This document shows, one piece after another, positions 56,152 to 64,000 of a DNA stretch of 64,000 nt. Every line of letters starts with the position of its first letter. The first letter of the stretch is position 1. The notes under the pieces are model-generated. The model was not told the origin of the DNA and ran no database searches. It saw only the letters and a list, made by a program, of their open reading frames with translations. The stretch is taken from the sequence record MK250029.1. One strand, 5' to 3'. Position numbers and translations under genes: made by a program.

Positions 56152-57021
56152 TTATGAAAAATAATAATTTATACGTATATTGTCCGATGATATATAACCA
56201 TAAATTTCATCTACTAATCGATGAATAATAACAATTNNNNNNNNNNNNNNNNNNNNNNNNNNAAACGGTTCATCAAATAATGAATCTATGTTTTCTTCAT
56301 AATCATAACTTTCTGTATCATAATCTGTGTCATCCGACATTTCATTTACTTCTGGTTCTTGCTCTGATTCAACTTCTGGTTCTGTATCTTCACCATTTAA
56401 TTTACTATATATTTTATCTATTTTTTTATCTATAGTCTTAAGTTGATCATTAAGAATTGTTGTCTTAATCTTATTCTTGAAATCCTCAATCTCCCTATTA
56501 TGAATAGAGTAGAGCTCTGATAATAAAACATATGTTCTATTATAGATATAATTGTCATCTAAACATAATTCTTTCCTTGTTTCTTCAGAACAATCTTCTG
56601 GAATACCTCGATTAATGATATTATACTTATCTTCATACCATCTTGAAAGATAAACATCTCTGATTGAACCACCGTTATCACAATATTCAGAAATCTTTTT
56701 TACTTCTTCCTGTTTCCCATTATTATTTGAAATTATTTCAAATTTATCAGTATGTGAATGAGGATTATTTAATACCCAATATTTTACCAAATGCCATTTA
56801 TAATCGCATGTTTTCATTTTCTCCCAATATTCTGGAATACCATCAATTTCATGTGCAATATGAAATTTTCTATATGGATATTCATTATCTGAATTAACTC
56901 TATAAACATCATATGGTAATAATGTTTTCTTATCTATCTTATTTAGACTTTCTTCATTCCATACATATCCTTTAACACATGGTAATTTTACCTCTATAAC
57001 TCTTGTTACGTATGTACTCAT
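56152..57021 (-). CDS. Hypothetical protein
   Basis: 289-aa ORF spanning a short N gap. Confidence 0.55.
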   Translation of the reverse strand: MSTYVTRVIEVKLPCVKGYVWNEESLNKIDKKTLLPYDVYRVNSDNEYPYRKFHIAHEIDGIPEYWEKMKTCDYKWHLVKYWVLNNPHSHTDKFEIISNNNGKQEEVKKISEYCDNGGSIRDVYLSRWYEDKYNIINRGIPEDCSEETRKELCLDDNYIYNRTYVLLSELYSIHNREIEDFKNKIKTTILNDQLKTIDKKIDKIYSKLNGEDTEPEVESEQEPEVNEMSDDTDYDTESYDYEENIDSLFDEPFXXXXXXXXXIVIIHRLVDEIYGYISSDNIRINYYFS

Positions 57022-57137
57022 TATACTTTAAATCTATTTTTCTATAATTTATATTAAAAGAAATAGGTATTGTTTGAAAACAATATTCTTAAATATAAAT
57101 AAATATATTGATAACAAAAAAAAACATATATTTTATA

Positions 57138-58368
57138 ATGGATAAAAATAAAAAACGTGCATTATACGAAGCTATAATGAAAGATGTTTCAAAAACAATA
57201 AAGAGAAAGATCAACGAAAATGTTGAGGATTCNNNNNNNNNNNNNNNNNNNNNNNNNNNNNNNNNNNNNNNNNNNNNNNNNNNNNNNNNNNNNNNNNNNN
57301 NNNNNNNNNNNNNNNNNNNNNNNNNNNNNNNNNNNNNNNNNNNNNNNNNNNNNNNNNNNNNNNNNNNNNNNNNNNNNNNNNNNNNNNNNNNNNNNNNNNN
57401 NNNNNNNNNNNNNNNNNNNNNNNNNNNNNNNNNNNNNNNNNNNNNNNNNNNNNNNNNNNNNNNNNNNNNNNNNNNNNNNNNNNNNNNNNNNNNNNNNNNN
57501 NNNNNNNNNNNNNNNNNNNNNNNNNNNNNNNNNNNNNNNNNNNNNNNNNNNNNNNNNNNNNNNNNNNNNNNNNNNNNNNNNNNNNNNNNNNNNNNNNNNN
57601 NNNNNNNNNNNNNNNNNNNNNNNNNNNNNNNNNNNNNNNNNNNNNNNNNNNNNNNNNNNNCTGAAATCTTTTAATTTTAAAAAAGAGTTGAATCCTAAAA
57701 TATGGAAAAATGGAAAATTAAAAGATAACATAAGAAAACGCTTAATAAAAATTGCAAAAGAATTTGTTGAATCTACTGAATTAGATTTCATTCCAGTAGA
57801 TATTGTTATCGTTGGCTCTATTGCATCATTTAATTGGTCAAAATATTCTGATATTGATTTACATATAATTACAGATTTCAAATAGNNNNNNNNNNNNNNN
57901 NNNNNNNNNNNNNNNNNNNNNNNNNNNNNNNNNNNNNNNNNNNNNNNNNNNNNNNNNNNNNNNNNNNNNNNNNNNNNNNNNNNNNNNNNNNNNNNNNNNN
58001 NNNNNNNNNNNNNNNNNNNNNNNNNNNNNNNNNNNNNNNNNNNNNNNNNNNNNNNNNNNNNNNNNNNNNNNNNNNNACATAAGAAATTAGATAAAGATGC
58101 GATAAAAGAAATTGCTTCTATGTATATTAATAAAATAGAATATTATAACAGAAAATATGATGAATTAAATAGTGATAAATCTATTTTATTATTATAGTCT
58201 AAAGTTGATTATTTATATGATTCTATTATATAGGGTAGAAAAAAATCATTACCAATTGATGGTGAACAAGCAACAGGGAATATTGTATTTAAAGTATTAA
58301 GAAGAAGTGGACATTTAGAAATGTTAAATAATCTAAAAACAAAAATATTTGACCGATTGAATTCTATT
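57138..58368 (+). CDS. Pol-beta-type nucleotidyltransferase with LYEAIM leader (gapped)
   Basis: LNPKIW...IRKRLIKIAKEF..DIVIVGSIASFNWSKYSDIDLHII...GNIVFKVLRRSG. Continuity across the N gaps is assumed. Confidence 0.6.
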
Positions 58369-58454
58369 NNNNNNNNNNNNNNNNNNNNNNNNGATAAATT
58401 AATAATATAAAAATAAGGGATTTAAATATACCAAATATTTAAATCCCTTATTTA

Positions 58455-58853
58455 TTAAGATGTTCTAATAACGTCATAACACCATGCGCAATTTAAGAAA
58501 TCTATGTAGACCTGTGAATTTCCATTACTTTCTATTCGTAATCGCACAGTTCCCTTATCATAATCTTGATCAATAACATAGAATGTTACTTGTCTACCTC
58601 CTTTATTATCAGTAAAAACATCACCTGTTTTATAAACCTTATATATCTGAGTTTTTGGACTATAAATTGTTATAACATCAGTATTAAGATTAATTGTTAA
58701 AACCATATCAGATGATTGCCAATCACCCCAATAGTATTTACCGTTATAAATCTTTGCTTCTGCAAATGATGTTGTTTTATAATATTGAATTTGTGCATGT
58801 GAAGAAATTACAAATCCAAATATCATTAAAAAAATAAAAATAAATTTCTTCAT
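58455..58853 (-). CDS. Secreted Bacteroidota-like protein
   Basis: MKKFIFIFLMIFGFVISSHA-Q signal peptide I. Confidence 0.65.
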   Translation of the reverse strand: MKKFIFIFLMIFGFVISSHAQIQYYKTTSFAEAKIYNGKYYWGDWQSSDMVLTINLNTDVITIYSPKTQIYKVYKTGDVFTDNKGGRQVTFYVIDQDYDKGTVRLRIESNGNSQVYIDFLNCAWCYDVIRTS

Positions 58854-58876
58854 AATAAAATTAATTAAAAAATTAG

Positions 58877-59366
58877 AAGCTTAGATGGGAATCGAACCCA
58901 TAAAGTTTTTAATAACTTACCACACTTATTCACATAAGCAATACTTGAGTAAACTAACAGCTCATCTGTATTTGACTACTGATTTTGATATTATCTCATG
59001 ATTACTGACTTTTACTCTCACTACTGTTAACCATTTTTCATTTTTAAGTATTTTGTGGTCTGAACTTTTTTTTACCATATTTAAGTTTGCGCGCTCCTTA
59101 TTGTAATACCAAATGCTCAATGATTAGGTGATAGTCTGCAAATTAACTATACTTCGTGTACTTAAACGTAGGTATCTCCTATAAAGTCTCATCACAATTT
59201 ATGCTGTAACACTACAATTTACATTTAAAATAGATTCACGTTCTATTACAATTTAGTGGAATATAATCTATTATCAAAAATAGATTAATATTCATTAGGG
59301 AGATTTTTATCACTATGTATTTCTAACATGTGTAAATATTTTTTAAACTTATTCCAAATCTAAGCT
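58877..59366 (-). ncRNA. tmRNA-like RNA (~490 nt)
   Basis: AGCTTAG/CTAAGCT acceptor, stemless D region (ATTTGGAATA), long interrupted helix in place of the anticodon arm, ATGGG-TTCGATT-CCCAT T-arm. smpB is in the same window, but there is no G3:U70. Confidence 0.5.
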
Positions 59367-59396
59367 TAACCATGTTTATTATATATTGTTAATATA

Positions 59397-59741
59397 TCAA
59401 TGTCTACCAAACAAAGACAAAAACTTTTTAATTAATGAATTATTAGATTTATTTAGGTTATTATCTGTTTTAATTACACTAATTATATTTGATATATTTG
59501 TACCTATTAGCATATCTTGACCATCAATTTTTAATGTTATATTATTATACATAATACCTTGATATGTATTATCATCATTTAAAAATGGTATTAATGCTTT
59601 ACTATACTTATTTTCTTCTTTGTTTACCGTTTTCTGATAATTAATATATGCATTGCTTTCTAATTTAACAATCAATGCATCCTTATCACTTATATTGGTT
59701 CTTACTTTATCTCCTATATGTAAGTCTTCAATCTTTAACAT
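59397..59741 (-). CDS. Hypothetical protein
   Basis: 114-aa ORF. Confidence 0.5.
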   Translation of the reverse strand: MLKIEDLHIGDKVRTNISDKDALIVKLESNAYINYQKTVNKEENKYSKALIPFLNDDNTYQGIMYNNITLKIDGQDMLIGTNISNIISVIKTDNNLNKSNNSLIKKFLSLFGRH

Positions 59742-60693
59742 AATTTTTAATAAAAATAATTTCTTTTAATAAAGATTCAGTTAAACAGGAAATATATAAT
59801 TCTTTATTTGAATCATCTAACCAATTTACTATAGCTTTATTTATATAAGATATGATGTCTAATATTTTATCTTTATGTCGTTTATCATTTAAGTATTCTT
59901 TTAATACATTAAATATTACAGTATTATCATATTTGTAATTTTTACTGAATACGAAATCGATTAATGTTTCAAATGAATTAGTATCTGTAAATGTAGCTGT
60001 TTCCCCTAATATAAATTTAATAATTTCGTTAATATCATTTGTAATAAATTTATCATCTTCTTTTACAGTAACTGGATTCTTCAATAATCCTCTTTTACCG
60101 TTATATGTTTTATGTCGTAAAAATAAACCTTTATCATATGTTAATGTATATTTCCAGAAATCAGTTAATACATGATCATCATTATATACATCCGGTATAT
60201 TAGTAGGAATAAAACTTGCTAAATCAATTAACAAATTTGTTCTATATAAACCTTTGAAGTTTGATTCGTTATTTCTGTAATCTGGTGAATGATACATAAA
60301 TTTTGAATATTCTATATCATTAGAAAACATTAAATCTACTTGAACAACATCTCTAACCCACTTAACACCAAAAGAAATTATATGAAAACCAGAACTGACT
60401 TTTATTTGAGGTTCATTATTAGAAAACGCTGGACAAATCTTATTACGAATACAATTTTCTATTGCATTAATATTGTTATCAGAGAATTCAAGTTCAACAG
60501 CAATATCAATATCGCCTGAATACTCATCATCTTTTTTCTTCCCTGTTGAACCTAATGTGCATGCATTAAAATTCATTATATTTCCGTCAGTATCTTTACA
60601 ATTATGTGTTAAATTATCTATTACCATACTTGCTATATATACTGCATCAAAATTTCTAACAGGCACAGAGCCTTTAATTGCCATACCACTCAT
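59728..60693 (-). CDS. Pol-beta-type nucleotidyltransferase-like protein
   Basis: LGSTGKK...SGDIDIAV...VQVDLMF motif triad. Confidence 0.65.
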   Translation of the reverse strand: MSGMAIKGSVPVRNFDAVYIASMVIDNLTHNCKDTDGNIMNFNACTLGSTGKKKDDEYSGDIDIAVELEFSDNNINAIENCIRNKICPAFSNNEPQIKVSSGFHIISFGVKWVRDVVQVDLMFSNDIEYSKFMYHSPDYRNNESNFKGLYRTNLLIDLASFIPTNIPDVYNDDHVLTDFWKYTLTYDKGLFLRHKTYNGKRGLLKNPVTVKEDDKFITNDINEIIKFILGETATFTDTNSFETLIDFVFSKNYKYDNTVIFNVLKEYLNDKRHKDKILDIISYINKAIVNWLDDSNKELYISCLTESLLKEIIFIKNYVKD

Positions 60694-61005
60694 ATTATAA
60701 TTTAATTAAATATATTCATATTTTGTAATTTATAATAAACTTAATGAGAAAAGTCTTTTATAATAATAAAGAAAAAATAAATTTTAGCTAACTTATATNN
60801 NNNNNNNNNNNNNNNNNNNNNNNNNNNNNNNNNNNNNNNNNNNNNNNNNNNNNNNNNNNNNNNNNNNNNNNNNNNNNNNNNNNNNNNNNNNNNNNNNNNN
60901 NNNNNNNNNNNNNNNNNNNNNNNNNNNNNNNNNNNNNNNNNNNNNNNNNNNNNNNNNNNNNNNNNNNNNNNNNNNNNNNNNNNNNNNNNNNNNNNNNNNN
61001 NNNNN

Positions 61006-62349
61006 AAAGATATTGAAATTGATGGTTGTATAGTATGTCATTCTATTGAAGATGCTATCAGTTATTCAAAAGAAATTAAAATGGATTCTGCATTCATTAT
61101 TGGTGGTGGATCTATTTATAAAGAAGCAATTAACAAAGATCTTATTGATATTTTATATATTGATTTTTTAAATACAGGTTTATCTGATGAAGATTTTGAT
61201 ACTTATTTTGAATTTCCTCCTGTTGAACAAACATATCGTACATGTGAAAATTTAACAGATTATAATCCAAATTCAAATATTAATCCGGTTATTTCATACA
61301 GAGAACGTACATTTGTTACAACTGATTATGATTATTTGTCATTAATGAATAAAATTATTAAAAATGGAAAAACAAAACATACACGTGCAGGTGAAACATT
61401 ATCTATTTTTGGTGAAATGCTTTCATTTGATTTAAGAAAAGGTTTACCTATTCTCACAACAAAGAAAGTGTATTCAAAAGGTTGTATTCATGAATTGTTA
61501 TGGATTTTACATGGTGATACAAATATAAAGTATCTTGTTGAAAATAATACTCATATATGGGATGATGATGCATACAGATATTATTTGCAGAAATTTGAAT
61601 CTGATAAAGATGTAAAGACAACAAAAGAACAGTTTATTAACCGTGTAATTAAACAGGATATTATTCATTATGTTGAAGATGGTGATATGAATAGCNNNNN
61701 NNNNNNNNNNNNNNNNNNNNNNNNNNNNNNNNNNNNNNNNNNNNNNNNNNNNNNNNNNNNNNNNNNNNNNNNNNNNNNNNNNNNNNNNNNNNNNNNNNNN
61801 NNNNNNNNNNNNNNNNNNNNNNNNNNNNNNNNNNNNNNNNNNNNNNNNNNNNNNNNNNNNNNNNNNNNTTGTCATTACTTATCACAATGGTATGTAACTG
61901 AAATGAATAACTATGAAAGAAATGAAGAATATCATAAAAGATATAATATCAATGTAGATGATAATAAACTATTATCTGATGAAGAATTAGATAAATTAGG
62001 AATTCCACATCAATATTTAAGCTGTATGTGGATGCAGAGATCTGTTGATACATGTTTAGGTTTACCATATGATTTATTGAGTTATTCTATATTAACTCAT
62101 CTTATTGCACAGATTTGTAATATGGTTCCTTATGAAGTTAAATGTTCACTTGGTGATTGTCATATATATAAGAACCAGTTATCCGGTGCAATTAAACAAA
62201 TTCAGAGAAATCCGTTTAAATATGAACCTGCACAACTTGTGCTTAATAAAGAAATTAAAGATATTAATGATTTTAAATATGATGATATTAAAATTGTAAA
62301 TTATAATTCATATTCAACAGTTAAATATCCACTTTCTGTTGGACTTTAA
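61006..62349 (+). CDS. thyA: Bifunctional dihydrofolate reductase-thymidylate synthase (5' end in N gap)
   Basis: DHFR C-term (VCHSIEDA..FIIGGGSIYK..DTYF) in frame with TS (LPILTTKKV..ELLWILHG, QRSVDTCLGLPYD, GDCHIYKNQ). Confidence 0.88.
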   Translation, partial: KDIEIDGCIVCHSIEDAISYSKEIKMDSAFIIGGGSIYKEAINKDLIDILYIDFLNTGLSDEDFDTYFEFPPVEQTYRTCENLTDYNPNSNINPVISYRERTFVTTDYDYLSLMNKIIKNGKTKHTRAGETLSIFGEMLSFDLRKGLPILTTKKVYSKGCIHELLWILHGDTNIKYLVENNTHIWDDDAYRYYLQKFESDKDVKTTKEQFINRVIKQDIIHYVEDGDMNSXXXXXXXXXXXXXXXXXXXXXXXXXXXXXXXXXXXXXXXXXXXXXXXXXXXXXXXXXXCHYLSQWYVTEMNNYERNEEYHKRYNINVDDNKLLSDEELDKLGIPHQYLSCMWMQRSVDTCLGLPYDLLSYSILTHLIAQICNMVPYEVKCSLGDCHIYKNQLSGAIKQIQRNPFKYEPAQLVLNKEIKDINDFKYDDIKIVNYNSYSTVKYPLSVGL

Positions 62350-62405
62350 AAAAATAAAGGTTGAAACATTCCAAAATGTTTCAACCTTTTATATTTAAAT
62401 ATATA

Positions 62406-63296
62406 TTATACTTCTAAAGCTAAGAAACCTAAGACAGGGTAGTCTGCATACTTACCGGTGTTGTAGACGCGTCCATCATCGAGACCGAAACTGCGCACAT
62501 CGTCTTTATCGTACTCTCTACTACTCCAATAATTGTTGTCCTCACTAAAACCACTACCTTTTATAGCTGTACGTTTTTCATTTATAACTGTTTTGTTTGC
62601 ATAAATTTGATATAATTCGCCAGGCATTGGTAAATACCAGTCACCGGATTTAGTACCAGGTGTTGAATATGCAACACAACAACATGCAGGTGCACAATAA
62701 CCTGCATCAGGATTATTTGTTACTCCATCACATATGTTCTAATCCTGATTTGTTGCTTTAGATAAACATTGTTGTGTATTCCATTTACCTCCTATATATG
62801 CAATTTTTTCAGTTCCACCCTTTACATTACCTACATCAACGCTATCATTTCCAAAATACATATCCACATCTTGTGGAAGTGGATTTCCATTTGCTGGTGT
62901 TTTATAATCCATATAATTTATAGAAACAAATCTGGCTGTTTTAACAGCACCCGTTGAATCATCACCATTTTTGAAGTTTTCAGTAACCTCGGGAATTACA
63001 CAAATTGCAATTGCAGTGTTATTCACATTATTTGTCTATGCATCAAGTGTTAACTTACCATCTGAAGTTGAATAAAGAATATCTGCAACAGCAGGTTTCT
63101 TTTTACTAGATGAAGCATCCAATTTAACTGGTTCCATATTTACTGAACCTAACATCAAACAATTAGGTCCAGGATGTCTTTCATCTATAAATTTAGTCGT
63201 CTAAGACTGATATACAAATGCACCATCTTTATGATGAATCTATAAAGCAGCTTCATTCATTAATTCATCAGTTGCAAACTATTTAATAAATTTCAT
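62406..63296 (-). CDS. DUF1566/C-type-lectin-fold protein, probable DGR target (296 aa, code 15)
   Basis: ATG 63296 with 5 TAG joins the listed fragments; GDWYLPMPGELYQIY...NNYWSSREY...VLGFLAL. Confidence 0.72.
62425..62560 (-). other. Putative DGR variable region (VR)
   Basis: Abrupt switch to NNC codons (GAC AAC TAC GAC CGC TTC CTC CGC GTC TAC AAC ACC GAC TAC GTC TTC) at the 3' end of a CLec gene in an AT-rich genome. Confidence 0.6.
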
Positions 63297-63436
63297 AAAT
63301 AATATATTTTTTATTATATTTATACTGACAATTACTAACTTTTATGGAATCTTATAACTTTATAAACATAACTAAATAGAATATTTCATAATTAAGTTAT
63401 ATTTTTATAAAAACTTAATATTTTATCAAATTTCTA

Positions 63437-63940
63437 TCAATTTAATCCTATTTTCTTCAGTTTTTCATATAAATTTTGATAAAATTTTTCAACCAGTATA
63501 ATATATCTTGAATTACCATTTTCATCTATAATTTCATTAAAATAATCAGAATATTTTTCAACAATTTGTTTTACATATTCACTTTCATTATTTTTATAAA
63601 TTACATATTGTGCATCAACTTCTTGTTTAGCATTTCTTGGACAATTAGTCTTTGTATAGTGTGAACATTCCCAATCGATAATAGTTGCTTCATAATCATA
63701 ATTATCACATTTATGATATTTTCCCATTTGTAAAAAATAATATTCTGGATGATGTTTATTATGAAATCTATGAAATTTCTGTAATGTTTTATATGGTACT
63801 ATTAATTTAAGAAATGGTTTTTCCATATCATGAAACAGATATTTAAATTTCCAGCATTTTTGATTTAATGCAACCATATTAAATGAACACCAGTGTGCAA
63901 ACCAATATTTAAATGAACTTCTTTCTGCTTTATCAAACAT
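63437..63940 (-). CDS. HD-like domain protein
   Basis: LFHDMEK...FHRFHNKHHPEY...IIDWECSH..TK; paralogous to 11418..11801. Confidence 0.5.
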   Translation of the reverse strand: MFDKAERSSFKYWFAHWCSFNMVALNQKCWKFKYLFHDMEKPFLKLIVPYKTLQKFHRFHNKHHPEYYFLQMGKYHKCDNYDYEATIIDWECSHYTKTNCPRNAKQEVDAQYVIYKNNESEYVKQIVEKYSDYFNEIIDENGNSRYIILVEKFYQNLYEKLKKIGLN

Positions 63941-64000
63941 AATTTTATATTTTATTTTTAAAAATTAAAAGGAAGATTCCAAATATATTACAATATTAGA

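Noticed and set aside
54287-57105. TATAAATA T4-late-promoter-like boxes upstream of plus-strand genes
   Set aside because: Expected by chance at this AT content; cannot be supported without TSS data.
2420-62957. Many short listed ORFs antisense to real genes or over tRNAs (e.g. 2420, 3677, 18449, 24065, 25263, 29269, 33799, 46628, 60473) and X-filled ORFs over N gaps
   Set aside because: Shadow frames or gap artefacts with no recognisable motifs.

Overview
This is a very AT-rich window (roughly 25% GC by eye, with several N gaps) from a T4-like jumbo/megaphage. It most likely belongs to the Lak-type phages of Prevotella/Bacteroidota, which use genetic code 15 (TAG = Gln). Many ORFs in the supplied track are fragments. 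Reading TAG as Gln joins them into full-length genes: tail lysozyme, NlpC/P60, gp19-like tube, TnpB, UvsX/RecA, dNMP kinase, eight homing-type endonucleases and a DUF1566/CLec protein. From left to right the window holds: virion hydrolases and a tube gene; a small Bacteroidota-type lipoprotein; a Cys/His-rich protein; a tnpB-only IS1341-type element; a tight purC-coaD-HAM1-NMP kinase-hisG-(hyp)-RNA ligase operon; a tRNA region (about 18-35 kb) with 23 recognisable tRNAs, several aberrant tRNA-like RNAs, structured-RNA candidates and six interspersed endonuclease genes; dCMP deaminase; a tandem NDT-like protein; SmpB; an M15 endolysin; a PD-(D/E)XK nuclease; UvsX; a gp32-like SSB; Pol-beta-type nucleotidyltransferases; a ~490-nt tmRNA-like RNA; DHFR-ThyA; and a CLec gene whose 3' end looks like a DGR variable region. 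The most striking feature is a pair of tRNAs (Phe and Asn) interrupted in the anticodon loop by homologous introns. Each intron ends in its own tRNA-like acceptor/T-arm module (a tRNA within a tRNA). No CTA suppressor tRNA, rRNA or CRISPR array was found. All calls come from manual motif recognition and hand folding; no database searches were run.
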